Shown here one piece after another: positions 17,815 to 27,637 of a DNA stretch of 44,305 nucleotides. Positions within the stretch are counted from its first letter, which is position 1; each line of letters opens with the position of its first letter. The notes below the pieces were generated by a model. That model saw nothing but the letters and a program-made list of their open reading frames with translations, had not been told where the DNA came from and made no database searches. The stretch covers positions 1 to 44,305 of the forward strand of contig JBCDDQ010000003.1 in the NCBI GenBank assembly GCA_039180225.1, given 5' to 3'. A program made the position numbers and the translations under genes. The stretch comes from Pseudomonadota bacterium. Its GTDB lineage: Bacteria; Pseudomonadota; Alphaproteobacteria; Rhizobiales; CAJQND01.

Positions 17815-18930
17815 ATGAAATCATCCTATCTTTGGGCATTGTTTATCCTGATTGCCGTGGGCATCTGGCTCGGCTCGCCCTATGTCAACTTCAAGACCAT
17901 GGCCCTGAAGTCTGAAACGGACGAGAGCAGCCAGGAGCAAACGCAGGGTGCGCAGGCGCCGGAGCAGCTTTTTCGCGTTCGGGTGAAAACCTACCGTGCG
18001 TCCCCGCGGGAAGTCTCGGTGATCGTGCGGGGCCGGACCAAGGCCTCGCGCCGGGTGGAGGCCAGAGCGCGCACCCAAGGGATTGTCTTGTCTTCACCTC
18101 TGCGCGAAGGCGAGCGGGTCAAGATTGGCGCGGTTATGTGCACACTGGATGTGGCCGAGCGCGAAGCGCAACTGGCCGATGCCAAGTCGAACCTGGCCAG
18201 CACCATGCGCGATTTTGAAGCCACCGAGAGCCTGAGTAAAAAGCAATTTGCCTCGGCCGCCAAAGTCGCTTCCGATAAGGCCCGGGTTGAAGCGGCACAA
18301 GCGCGCGTCGATCAGATCTTGCGGGAAATCGAATACACCAAAATCACTGCGCCCATGAGCGGCATTGTTGAAGCCAGACCCGCAGAAAAGGGCAGCTTTC
18401 TGCAAGTTGGATCCACCTGTGGCACACTCATCGATCTGGACCCCATCATCGTGACGGCGATGGTGTCAGAACGCGAAATCAAGTTCCTGTCCAAGGACAT
18501 GCCCGCCGTTGCCAAACTGGTGACGGGGCAAACGGTGAAAGGCAAAATCCGCTACATTGCAGCAAAGGCTGACGTGCGCACCCGCACGTTCGAAGTTGAG
18601 ATGGAGGCGCCGAACCCCGGCAAAAAGATCCGCGACGGGCTGACAAGCGAGCTTGTTGTTCCCTTGCAAGCCGGCACCGCCCACAAGCTCCCCACGTCCG
18701 CTCTCACCCTGCGCGATAGCGGAGAAATCGGCGTGAGCGTTCTGGCAGAGGGTAATAAGGTGAAGTTCCTGCCCACCCAGGTGTTGGGTTTTGACCGGGA
18801 AGATGTGTGGGTTTCCGGCCTTCCTGACCCGGCGCAGGTCATCACGGTGGGCCAAGAATATGTGCTCGACGGCCAGGTGGTTGATCCCGTGCACGGGACA
18901 GATGCCAAAACCGCGGAGATCCGCCAATGA
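17815..18930 (+). CDS. RND efflux periplasmic adaptor (membrane fusion protein)
   Basis: N-terminal TM, ITAPMSGIVE, GKIRYIAAKADVRTRTFEVE, VWVSGLP..VITVGQEYV. ATG 17815 after GAAGGA. Confidence 0.92.
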   Translation: MKSSYLWALFILIAVGIWLGSPYVNFKTMALKSETDESSQEQTQGAQAPEQLFRVRVKTYRASPREVSVIVRGRTKASRRVEARARTQGIVLSSPLREGERVKIGAVMCTLDVAEREAQLADAKSNLASTMRDFEATESLSKKQFASAAKVASDKARVEAAQARVDQILREIEYTKITAPMSGIVEARPAEKGSFLQVGSTCGTLIDLDPIIVTAMVSEREIKFLSKDMPAVAKLVTGQTVKGKIRYIAAKADVRTRTFEVEMEAPNPGKKIRDGLTSELVVPLQAGTAHKLPTSALTLRDSGEIGVSVLAEGNKVKFLPTQVLGFDREDVWVSGLPDPAQVITVGQEYVLDGQVVDPVHGTDAKTAEIRQ

Positions 18931-21900
18931 TGCAGGCGCTTGACAGCATTCTGAGGCGGCCCCGGGCCGTTTTGGCGATGATGGTGTTCCTGGTGGTCTC
19001 CGGGGTTTACGCCTACTTCGCCATACCCAAGGATGCCCGGCCCGATATTCAGGTGCCCACCTATTACATCTCCATTCCCTTGGAAGGGGTCTCGCCGGAG
19101 GACTCAGAACGCCTGCTTCTGAAGCCGATGGAAGAGAAACTCCGCGGCTTGGAAGGCGTGAAGGAAATCACATCAGTCGCTGCGCTCGGCTATGGCGCAG
19201 TGATTGTTGAGTTCGAAACCGACGTCGATACTGAAACAGCAGCTCAGGACGTGCGCGAAAAGGTGGATCAGGCCAAGGCCGATCTCCCAGACGATGCCAA
19301 GGAACCCACTGTCAACGAAGTAAACTTTAACCTGTTTCCCACATTGATTGTGGGCTTGTCAGGTGATGTTCCCGAACGCACGCTCTACCGCCATGCGCGG
19401 GAGCTTCAAGATGAACTTGAGGCCATTCCCTCCGTTTTGGAGGCCAACTTGAACGGAGAGCGCGAAGAGCTTCTGGAAGTCATCATCGACACCAAACGGC
19501 TTGAGTCCTACCAAATCACCCAACAGGAGCTGCTCAATCGGGTGGCCCGCAACAACAGGCTGGTGGCCGCTGGCACGTTTGATGGGGGACGCGGGCGCTT
19601 CAGCATCAAGGTGCCAGGGCTCATCGAAACGGCCCGAGACCTTCATCAGCTTCCGATCAAGGAAGTTGACGGCACGGTGGTCACCTTGAGCGAATTGGCC
19701 GACATCCGACGCAGCTTCAAAGACCGGACATCGTACGCCCGGTTCAATGGCCGTCCGGCCATTCTCATCACCGTGGTGAAGAGACCTGGTGAGAACATCA
19801 TTCAAACCAACGACAAAGTTCGCGAAGTTGCAGACAAAATGCGCGCATCCTGGCCCAGTTCCATTCATGTGAACTATGCCCTCGATGAATCCGATGATAT
19901 CCGCGAAACCTTCAGCTCTCTTCAAAGCGCCATTATCACGGCTATTGCGCTTGTAATGATCATCTGTGTTGCGGCCCTGGGTATGCGTTCCGCCCTGTTG
20001 GTGGGCATCGCGATCCCAACCTCATTCATGATCGGCTTTCTCATCGTGTTCATGACCGGACGCAGTGTGGACAACATGCTGATGTTCGGCATGGTGCTGA
20101 CGGTTGGCATGCTGGTGGATGGCGCCATCGTGATTGTTGAATATGCCGACCGCAAAATGGCAGAAGGCCTGGAGCGGCTGGAGGCCTATATCCAAGCCGC
20201 CAAACGCATGTTCTGGCCAATCGCCTCGTCCACAGCCACCACGCTGGCTGCGTTTTTGCCCATGCTGTTCTGGCCGGGTGTACCCGGCAAGTTCATGTCG
20301 AACCTGCCGGTGACGGTGGTGATCGTCTTGACTGCCTCATTGCTCACAGCCATGATTTTGTTGCCGGTACTGGGATCTATGTTCGGCAGAACTGTGCAGC
20401 AGGATAAAGGTGCTTCGAAAGCTCTGGCAGGAGATCAGCAAACCGACCTGTCCAAGCTGAAGGGCTTCACCGGGTTCTACGCCAGGTCGCTGGGAGTTCT
20501 GGTGCGTGCACCGCTGGCGGTCACCATCATTGCTTTCCTGGGCATGGCCTCGATCGTTAATCTCTACCAGACCAACAATAACGGCGTCACATTCTTCGTG
20601 GATACCGAACCCACGCAGGTGCTGCTTTATGTGCGCGGGCGCGGCAACCTCTCTGCCCAGGAAAAGCTCGCCATCGTGCGCGAGGTAGAAAACATCGTCC
20701 TCAAAATCGAAGGTGTGGAAGGCATCGCGACGCAAGCTGGTTCTTCGGGCAATGGCAGCCCGGATCTCGGCGCCGGGCTTGATGTGCCCAAGGACGCCAT
20801 TGGGCAGCTGACAATTGAGCTTCTGCCGTTTGACCAGCGGCCACCGGGAAAACAACTGATCGCCGACATCCGGCAAAAAGTCAGCCATGTTCCTGGCGTG
20901 ATCATTGAGGTTCGCAAACGCGAAGACGGCCCTCAGCAAGGCAAGGACATCCGTCTGCAGATACGCTCCAATGACAGAGCGCTCGCCAACGCCATGGCCA
21001 TACGCGTGCGTGAGCACATGGAAAACAACATGACCGGCCTGGTGGATGTAGAGGACGAGACGCCCCTGCCCGGCATTGAGTGGAACCTGAAGATCAACCG
21101 CGAAGAAGCCGGCCGTTTCGGCGCGGATATCGTATCGGTGGGTGCTCTGATCACGATGATCACCGACGGCGTGCTGATCGGCACATTCCGCCCCGATGAT
21201 TCCCGCGACGAGGTGGACATCCGGGCCAGACTGCCGGAGGACCAACGTGCATTGAGCCGTTTGGAGGACCTGCGACTGCCGACGGAAAAGGGCTTGGTTC
21301 CAATCCGTAACTTCGTTGAACGGGAAGCCAGACCATCGGTTGACAGCATCATCCGCAAGGATGGCAAAACATCGGTCTTTGTGAAAGCCAACACCGTGGA
21401 CGGTGTGCTCGCCGATGACAAGGTTAAGGAACTGAGCACCTGGCTCGATAGCCAGAAATGGCCGAACGGTATTGAGTTTGTCTTCCGCGGCTCCGATGAG
21501 GAACAAAAAGAATCGTTCGCCTTCCTGATGAAGGCCGTGGCCGCCTCCATCTTCATCATGTTCATGATCCTGGTGACACAGTTCAACAGTTTCTATTACA
21601 CCGCCATCACGCTATCGACCGTGGTGATGTCGGTGATCGGCGTGCTGATCGGCATGATGGTCACCGGACAGTCGTTTTCGGTCATTATGACCGGAACGGG
21701 GATCGTGGCGTTGGCCGGTATTGTGGTGAACAACTCCATTGTGTTGATCGACACGTTCCAGCATTTGCGGTCCCGGGGCCTGGAGGTCATAGATGCCGTG
21801 TTGCGCGCGTGCGCCCAACGGCTAAGACCCGTCCTGCTCACCACCATCACCACGATTTTTGGCCTGCTGCCGATGATGTACCAGCTCAATGTGGACTGGT

Positions 21901-22211
21901 TCGCGCCTGCCATCACGGTAGGCTCCGTGACCTCGATCTGGTGGGTGCAGCTGTCTACGGCCATCATCTTTGGTCTTGGCTTCTCCGCCCTTCTGACCCT
22001 TATTCTCACGCCGGTTTGGATCGCCGCACCGGCAATCTACAAAGCCAGGTGGCAACATTTGCGCGAGCGGATCGCCGCACGCAGATCAGCGGGAATGCGC
22101 GGGCTCGCCGCAGGCAACGAGAACAAAGAGAGCGTTGTGGAGACACCGCCGTCCAAAGAGAAACCACGTGGAAAACCTTTGTCCGACCCCTTACCGGACG
22201 CGGCGGAATAG
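18927..22211 (+). CDS. RND efflux permease (AcrB/AcrD/AcrF family)
   Basis: GMLVDGAIVIVE, STATTLAAFLP, GIVVNNSIVLID, RLRPVLLTT; ATGA overlap with the adaptor gene. Confidence 0.95.
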   Translation: MMQALDSILRRPRAVLAMMVFLVVSGVYAYFAIPKDARPDIQVPTYYISIPLEGVSPEDSERLLLKPMEEKLRGLEGVKEITSVAALGYGAVIVEFETDVDTETAAQDVREKVDQAKADLPDDAKEPTVNEVNFNLFPTLIVGLSGDVPERTLYRHARELQDELEAIPSVLEANLNGEREELLEVIIDTKRLESYQITQQELLNRVARNNRLVAAGTFDGGRGRFSIKVPGLIETARDLHQLPIKEVDGTVVTLSELADIRRSFKDRTSYARFNGRPAILITVVKRPGENIIQTNDKVREVADKMRASWPSSIHVNYALDESDDIRETFSSLQSAIITAIALVMIICVAALGMRSALLVGIAIPTSFMIGFLIVFMTGRSVDNMLMFGMVLTVGMLVDGAIVIVEYADRKMAEGLERLEAYIQAAKRMFWPIASSTATTLAAFLPMLFWPGVPGKFMSNLPVTVVIVLTASLLTAMILLPVLGSMFGRTVQQDKGASKALAGDQQTDLSKLKGFTGFYARSLGVLVRAPLAVTIIAFLGMASIVNLYQTNNNGVTFFVDTEPTQVLLYVRGRGNLSAQEKLAIVREVENIVLKIEGVEGIATQAGSSGNGSPDLGAGLDVPKDAIGQLTIELLPFDQRPPGKQLIADIRQKVSHVPGVIIEVRKREDGPQQGKDIRLQIRSNDRALANAMAIRVREHMENNMTGLVDVEDETPLPGIEWNLKINREEAGRFGADIVSVGALITMITDGVLIGTFRPDDSRDEVDIRARLPEDQRALSRLEDLRLPTEKGLVPIRNFVEREARPSVDSIIRKDGKTSVFVKANTVDGVLADDKVKELSTWLDSQKWPNGIEFVFRGSDEEQKESFAFLMKAVAASIFIMFMILVTQFNSFYYTAITLSTVVMSVIGVLIGMMVTGQSFSVIMTGTGIVALAGIVVNNSIVLIDTFQHLRSRGLEVIDAVLRACAQRLRPVLLTTITTIFGLLPMMYQLNVDWFAPAITVGSVTSIWWVQLSTAIIFGLGFSALLTLILTPVWIAAPAIYKARWQHLRERIAARRSAGMRGLAAGNENKESVVETPPSKEKPRGKPLSDPLPDAAE

Positions 22212-22355
22212 TGGTCTCAAATTGTTGTGAAAACGGCAACAATAAGACATTGCGCCTCGCATAAGCCATGGCGCAAGACGTGCGCTCGCGGGTTTTACAC
22301 TCCGCTTAACTGAAAAATACTCAAGTTTTTCAATTTATTAACACCGGATCCCTAT

Positions 22356-22393
22356 CTTAAGCTGGCGCACATCTGAGGGGCCGCCAGCTTAAG
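22356..22393. repeat. Perfect 12-bp inverted repeat in a long intergenic region
   Basis: CTTAAGCTGGCG-N14-CGCCAGCTTAAG. Confidence 0.7.
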
Positions 22394-22541
22394 CGTGGGC
22401 TCAGCCAATTATGGTACAAAAAGGTCACACTCGTGATCTGGTTGACTTTCGGTTCTTGCGCGAACGCACAGTATTCTGCATGGTTTTTGCATTGCGGCGA
22501 TAGAGTGTAACAAGATTAACTTTAGGGTTGAGAATAAAAAC

Positions 22542-23138
22542 ATGCGCAAGACGGTCCTAATTGCCGCCCTTTCACTGTTTGGGATCGCGGCTCCCGCCCA
22601 GGCGGACATCAAGGTTCAGATGCTCGAGCCCATCGTGAAGGCGAAGATCGACCTGTCCAAACAGCGGATGAACGTGGTGGTGAACGGCGAAGTCGTGCAC
22701 TCCTGGAAGATTTCCTCCGGTCGGCGCGGGTACACCACACCAACCGGGTCCTATTATCCTTATCGCATGCACAAAATGTGGTACTCGCGCAAATACGACA
22801 ATGCGCCGATGCCCCATGCGGTGTTCTTCCGCGGCGGATACGCGGTTCATGGCACCAAGTCCATCAGTCGCCTCGGCAGACCGGCCTCCCATGGCTGCAT
22901 TCGCCTGCACCCGGCAAACGCCAAGAAATTTTATGACCTTGTGCGCCAGCACGGCCGCAACCGGACCCTGGTGAGCCTGGATGGCGGTTGGAACTATAAA
23001 GCCACCAAGGTTGCCAAGAAGAAACGTAAGGTGCGCCGCCGCGCCGCGACACAACGCACCAAGCCTGTGACACAACGCACGCGCAGCGGAACCCAGCGCA
23101 CGCGTAAACAAGTGCGCCTCTTCCGTTTCCTCAACTAG
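22542..23138 (+). CDS. L,D-transpeptidase (YkuD family) with basic C-terminal tail
   Basis: Signal peptide, IDLSKQRM, ISSGRRGYTTPTG, YAVHGT...LGRPASHGCIRL. Confidence 0.93.
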   Translation: MRKTVLIAALSLFGIAAPAQADIKVQMLEPIVKAKIDLSKQRMNVVVNGEVVHSWKISSGRRGYTTPTGSYYPYRMHKMWYSRKYDNAPMPHAVFFRGGYAVHGTKSISRLGRPASHGCIRLHPANAKKFYDLVRQHGRNRTLVSLDGGWNYKATKVAKKKRKVRRRAATQRTKPVTQRTRSGTQRTRKQVRLFRFLN

Positions 23139-23165
23139 GCGCTGAAAACAATCACTTTGATGATC

Positions 23166-23200
23166 AAAAGGCCCTCGGTGAACGCTGAGGGTCTTTTCTT
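23166..23200 (+). terminator. Rho-independent terminator (possibly bidirectional)
   Basis: AAAAGGCCCTCGGTG-AA-CGCTGAGGGTCTTTTCTT, just after the L,D-transpeptidase stop. Confidence 0.8.
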
Positions 23201-23314
23201 ATGTCTTATGGACAATGTGACCGGAAGCGGGCAAGGTTACCGGCGGCAAAACACTGCAGCTCAACGGCCTATGTGAGGGATTAGGCTGCTTCGTCATCAA
23301 CAAGCAAAGCAGCT

Positions 23315-23345
23315 GGCGGGTCCCTCCGGGACCCGCCGTTTCTTT
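23315..23345. terminator. GC-rich terminator-like hairpin
   Basis: GGCGGGTCCC-TCC-GGGACCCGCC followed by GTTTCTTT on the + strand; it also lies downstream of the minus-strand ABC operon. Confidence 0.7.
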
Positions 23346-23373
23346 GTCTACGCTGGCCAACGAAGGCCTGAAG

Positions 23374-25581
23374 CTACTTCTTCGCCTTTGCAAGCTTCTT
23401 GGCCTGGGGCACCCATTGCTCGCGCTCGATACGGCCTTTGAACTTCAACTGTTCGTTGAAGCTTTCCATTTCAGCCTTCTTCCAAGATGCAATCTGGTCG
23501 AACGTCGTGATGCCCATGGTTTTCAACTGGCCGGCAATCTTCGGGCCAACGCCACTGATCTGCTGCAGGTCGTCAGGAGCAGCCTTTTTGGCGGGCGCCT
23601 TTCGGGCCGCCGGCTTTTTGGATGCGGCCGGTTTCTTCGCAGCAGCCGTGCGACCAGCGGAGCTGGCCTTCGCTTTTGTCGCCGTGCCGCCACTGCCTGT
23701 CTTGGCGCGTGTGCTGGTTGTCGTCTTTCTCGCGGTTGCCGGCTGCGCGGCTTTCTTTGCCCCGCGTCCGGTTGCCTTGGCCGCCGTTGCCTTTCCAGCA
23801 CCAGCCTTTGAGCTTGCGGCCGGCTTTGCAGCCGTGCCTTTGCTCGCACCCGATCCATTCGTCGCAAGCGATGACATAACCTTGGGCGAACTGGCTGTAT
23901 AATCGCCAGCCTTGAAGTTTGCCGCCAGGGCTTGCTGTTGCTCTGCCGTATCGTCGAGCCAACCGACCCGCATTTCAGGCACGGAAGTGATCAAGAGTTC
24001 GGTGTAGGGATGGAACGGCGGCGTCAGAACCTCATCCACCGTGCCGAAATCAACCAATTCGCCGTTATAGAGCACGGCAATCTCGTCGGCGAAGCTCGCC
24101 ACCGTGGAGAGGTCGTGGCTGATGAAGACATAACTCACACCGAGTTGGTCGCGCAGGCGCCTCAGCAGCTTGATGATGTTTGCTCCAACGATGGTGTCGA
24201 GCGCAGACGTCACCTCATCGCATATGATGACTTCAGGATTGGCCGCCAGCGCCCTGGCAAGGTTTACGCGCTGCTTCTGGCCACCGGACAACTCAGCCGG
24301 ATACCGTCCCTCAAACTCGGGCGGCAGCTCCACAAGCTTCAAGATCTCATGGATTCGCTCACGGCGCGCCCTGCCGGAGAGGTTATGGTAGAAAGTCAAG
24401 GGCCGGCCAATAATGTCACCAATTGTCTGCCGTGGGTTGAGGGCAGTATCGGCCATCTGGAAGACAAACTGCACCAAACGCAATTCATCGCGCGAACGAT
24501 CCGCCAGATCCGGCTTCAGTTCTGCTCCGTCCAAAAGCACATCGCCCTCTGAAGCGGGAAGAAGACCGGCCATGACACGGGCAAGGGTGGACTTTCCGCA
24601 ACCCGATTCTCCGATGACGCCCACCACATGGCCGCGTTCGACCGGCAAGCTGATGTTCTTCAAGATGGTAACAAGCGGTTTGCCGTCAGGGCCGCGGCCA
24701 TATCCCGCCGTTACTCTGCGGGCCTCAAGGGCCGGCACCTCGCGGCGGTGCTCGCCGGATGTGCCTTCACCCATGCCAGCTGTTGGTGTTGGCCGCACCG
24801 CTGCCATGAGACGCCGGGTGTAGCTGTGCGTAGGCCGGTTGATGATTTGCTCCACCGGCCCCTGCTCCATGATCTCCCCGCCATAGAGCACAACAATATG
24901 ATCCGCGATCTGTGCCACAACGGCGAGGTCATGGGTCACGTAGATTGCCGCAGAACCTTCTTCCTCAATCACCTTCTTAAAGGCCTTGAGCACCTCGATC
25001 TGCGTGGTTACGTCGAGAGCCGTGGTTGGCTCGTCCAACACCAGAAGGCTGGGCTTCTCCACCAGAGCCATCGCCGCCATGAGGCGCTGGAGCTGACCGC
25101 CGGAGACCTGGTGCGGATAGCGCCCGCCAATCCGATCCGGATCAGGAAGCTCCAAGGCCTCATAGAGCTCGCGGGCCCGTTTGTTCGCCTGCTCCTGGGT
25201 CATGGCGCCGTGCAGCACGGCCGATTCAGTGACCTGCTCGCCAATCTTCAAGGCAGGGTTAAAGGTGGCCGCCGCGCTTTGTGCCAGATAGGCCACGTGC
25301 TCACCCCGCCGCAACCGGCGCTCCTCAGGATCGATCGTGATCATATCCTTGCCGAGGAGGTTTGCCTGACCGCCCGAGAAGAACAGGCCAGGCTTTGTAT
25401 AGCCCAACGACGCCAGAGAGATGGTGGTCTTGCCTGAACCAGATTCCCCGATCAAGGCCACCACCTGGCCCGGTTTAACGTCGAAAGTTACACCCTTCAC
25501 GATCGGGATAGGATCGGCATCCCACGGACGAGCTTCAATCTTCAGGTCTTTGCACTCAAAAATAGGAGATGTATCAGCCAT
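23374..25581 (-). CDS. Peptide/nickel ABC transporter double-ATPase fused to an Ala/Lys-rich linker and a C-terminal HhH/H3TH (COG3743-like) domain
   Basis: Two cassettes (GESGSGKT/VSGGQLQR/LDEPTT and GESGCGKS/LSGGQKQR/CDEVTS), HPYT, then a low-complexity AK tract and DDLQQISGVGPKIAGQLKTMGITTFDQIASW...GRIEREQWVPQAKKL. Confidence 0.9.
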   Translation of the reverse strand: MADTSPIFECKDLKIEARPWDADPIPIVKGVTFDVKPGQVVALIGESGSGKTTISLASLGYTKPGLFFSGGQANLLGKDMITIDPEERRLRRGEHVAYLAQSAAATFNPALKIGEQVTESAVLHGAMTQEQANKRARELYEALELPDPDRIGGRYPHQVSGGQLQRLMAAMALVEKPSLLVLDEPTTALDVTTQIEVLKAFKKVIEEEGSAAIYVTHDLAVVAQIADHIVVLYGGEIMEQGPVEQIINRPTHSYTRRLMAAVRPTPTAGMGEGTSGEHRREVPALEARRVTAGYGRGPDGKPLVTILKNISLPVERGHVVGVIGESGCGKSTLARVMAGLLPASEGDVLLDGAELKPDLADRSRDELRLVQFVFQMADTALNPRQTIGDIIGRPLTFYHNLSGRARRERIHEILKLVELPPEFEGRYPAELSGGQKQRVNLARALAANPEVIICDEVTSALDTIVGANIIKLLRRLRDQLGVSYVFISHDLSTVASFADEIAVLYNGELVDFGTVDEVLTPPFHPYTELLITSVPEMRVGWLDDTAEQQQALAANFKAGDYTASSPKVMSSLATNGSGASKGTAAKPAASSKAGAGKATAAKATGRGAKKAAQPATARKTTTSTRAKTGSGGTATKAKASSAGRTAAAKKPAASKKPAARKAPAKKAAPDDLQQISGVGPKIAGQLKTMGITTFDQIASWKKAEMESFNEQLKFKGRIEREQWVPQAKKLAKAKK

Positions 25582-26528
25582 TAGGTCATCTTCTTCGCAA
25601 GACTGCCACCAGCTTGGGCAGAGATATCGTCCACGATCAGGTTGATCGCAATGGTCAACGAGGCAATCGCCAGCGCTGGAGTGATCGAGGCCAGAGCACC
25701 GCCGAACACGCCGTTACCCAGTCCTTGCAGGTTTTCCCGCACCATTGATCCCCAGTCGGAGATCGGCGGCTGAACGCCGAGCCCGAGGAAGCTCAGCGAC
25801 GAGATAAACAAGATCACGAACACCAGTCTCAACCCGAAATCGGTGGCCAGCGGCATGGCGGCATTCGGCAAGACTTCTCTGGAGATAATCCACCATAGGC
25901 CTTCTCCGCGCGCGCGCGCCGCCTCCACATAGTCCTGCACCATGATGTCTTGACCCAGCGCCCGCGCGATGCGGAACACGCTGGCTGCATAGACGAGCCC
26001 AGCCAAAACAATCAGCAGAGGGATGGACGACCCAAAGGCGGCGATGATGATGAGGCCCAGCATGATGTTCGGGAAAGCCAAAATGGCGTCCACCAAACGG
26101 CTGAGCACCGCGTCAACCCACTTCCCAGCCACTGCTGCAGCAATCCCCAACGTGATGCCCACAAAGTAGGCCATGAGGGTTGCAATAAACGAGATCCCAA
26201 TCGTGGTCCGGGCACCCCAAATGATCCGCGAAAACACATCGCGGCCAATATAGTCGGTACCGAAATACACATGCAGACCCATGTCGGGAAGCATAAAACT
26301 TGGATCGTCAATGGGGTTTCCGAGTGCGTCATCTTCGATGAAGTGACTTTCACCGTAAGGCGCCAGCCAAGGCCCGATAAAGGCCATCACCACCCAGAAG
26401 ACAACGATTGCAACGGAGACCTTGCCGGTCATCGATAGCCGCAAACGCGACTTGGGCGGTGCATCCGGAAGCTCGTCATAGACATCAGGATTTGGGCCCT
26501 GATCGGCCGCGGCAGTTGTATCGCTCAT
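25581..26528 (-). CDS. Peptide ABC transporter permease (DppC/OppC-like)
   Basis: FGTDYIGRDVFSRIIWGAR, YVEAARARGE, LSFLGLGVQPP.SDWGSM. Confidence 0.93.
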   Translation of the reverse strand: MSDTTAAADQGPNPDVYDELPDAPPKSRLRLSMTGKVSVAIVVFWVVMAFIGPWLAPYGESHFIEDDALGNPIDDPSFMLPDMGLHVYFGTDYIGRDVFSRIIWGARTTIGISFIATLMAYFVGITLGIAAAVAGKWVDAVLSRLVDAILAFPNIMLGLIIIAAFGSSIPLLIVLAGLVYAASVFRIARALGQDIMVQDYVEAARARGEGLWWIISREVLPNAAMPLATDFGLRLVFVILFISSLSFLGLGVQPPISDWGSMVRENLQGLGNGVFGGALASITPALAIASLTIAINLIVDDISAQAGGSLAKKMT

Positions 26529-27475
26529 TTCGGATGCCTCAGGCGCGGATTAGACAGGATCGACGCAATATCGGCGATCAGGATAAGAATGACGTAGGTG
26601 CAGCAGAAGATCATGCCGCAGGCCTGCACCAGCGGAATGTCGCGTGTTTGCACACCGTCAACCATCAGCTTGGCTAAGCCAGGATAGGCAAAGATGGTCT
26701 CAATCACCACCACGCCGCTCACCAGGTAGGCCAGGTTCAGCGCAATCACGTTGACGATCGGGCCAATGGCGTTCAGCAGCGCGTGACGCAAGATGATGCG
26801 TTTGCGCGGCACACCTTTGAGGATGGCCATCTCGATATAAGGTGAGCCCATCACGTTCAAAATACCCGCTCGGGTCATCCTGATCATCTGCGCAGAGACC
26901 ACAACCACCAGCGTGGCAATGGGCAAGGCAAGCACATAAACCGATCTCCAGAAACCCTCAGTGCCGCTGAGATAGGACACCGCCGGCACCCAGCCGAGCG
27001 AGACTGCCAGGAGAAGGATGAGAAAGATCGCCACAAAGAAGTCAGGCACAGCGATCAGACCCAGCGTTCCTGACGTGATGATACGGTCCAGCAGCTGGCC
27101 CGGGAACATTGCGGCCAGAAGACCAAGCAAAACCGAAAGCGGAATGGAGATCAGCGCCACGATCGCGGTCATGAAGACCGTGTTGCCTATCCGGTTGCCG
27201 ATCAGGCTTTCAATGGTCGCCCCGCCCGCGGCGGAAATGCCAAGATTGCCGGTAAACAGGTTGCCCATCCAAGCCAGGTATTGCATGTACCACGGCTTAT
27301 CGAGGCCAAGTTCTTTACGCAGCGCCGCAAGTGTTTCAGGCGTTGCTTGCTGACCGAGCCGGATTTGCGCGGCATCGCCAGGCAATACCTGCGTGAGCGC
27401 AAAGATCAGTACCGACACCACCCAAAGAAGGATGATCCCAATCCCGATCCGGCGAATTACCATTTGTGACATCAT
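26525..27475 (-). CDS. Peptide ABC transporter permease (DppB/OppB-like)
   Basis: LPGDAA, LGLDKP..QY, YIEMAILKG, RHALLNA, VVIETIFAYPGL, NPRLR. Confidence 0.93.
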   Translation of the reverse strand: MMSQMVIRRIGIGIILLWVVSVLIFALTQVLPGDAAQIRLGQQATPETLAALRKELGLDKPWYMQYLAWMGNLFTGNLGISAAGGATIESLIGNRIGNTVFMTAIVALISIPLSVLLGLLAAMFPGQLLDRIITSGTLGLIAVPDFFVAIFLILLLAVSLGWVPAVSYLSGTEGFWRSVYVLALPIATLVVVVSAQMIRMTRAGILNVMGSPYIEMAILKGVPRKRIILRHALLNAIGPIVNVIALNLAYLVSGVVVIETIFAYPGLAKLMVDGVQTRDIPLVQACGMIFCCTYVILILIADIASILSNPRLRHPK

Positions 27476-27572
27476 CGGCGCAGTCCCTCCCAGCCAGACG
27501 CATCTTTTACTACCGCTCTATTGTTGAGATCATTGGAACATGCCCACATCCATATCTCAACACAAAAACGGT

Positions 27573-27621
27573 AAGTCCGCCCGACAGCCGGCCTCAACGA
27601 GGCAGACTGAGGGGCGAACTT
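27573..27621 (-). promoter_or_regulatory. Long intra-operon mRNA hairpin after the substrate-binding protein gene
   Basis: AAGUUCGCCC/GGGCGGACUU, CAGUC/GGCUG and GCCUC/GAGGC stems; G-U pairs favour the minus strand. Confidence 0.55.
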
Positions 27622-27637
27622 GACCATTTTCAAAGAC

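Noticed and set aside
20337-21506. Long antisense ORFs (this 389-aa one, also 1571-2404, 4642-5424, 13958-14641, 24628-25437)
   Set aside because: They are shadows of well-supported genes on the opposite strand in GC-rich DNA and have no motifs.
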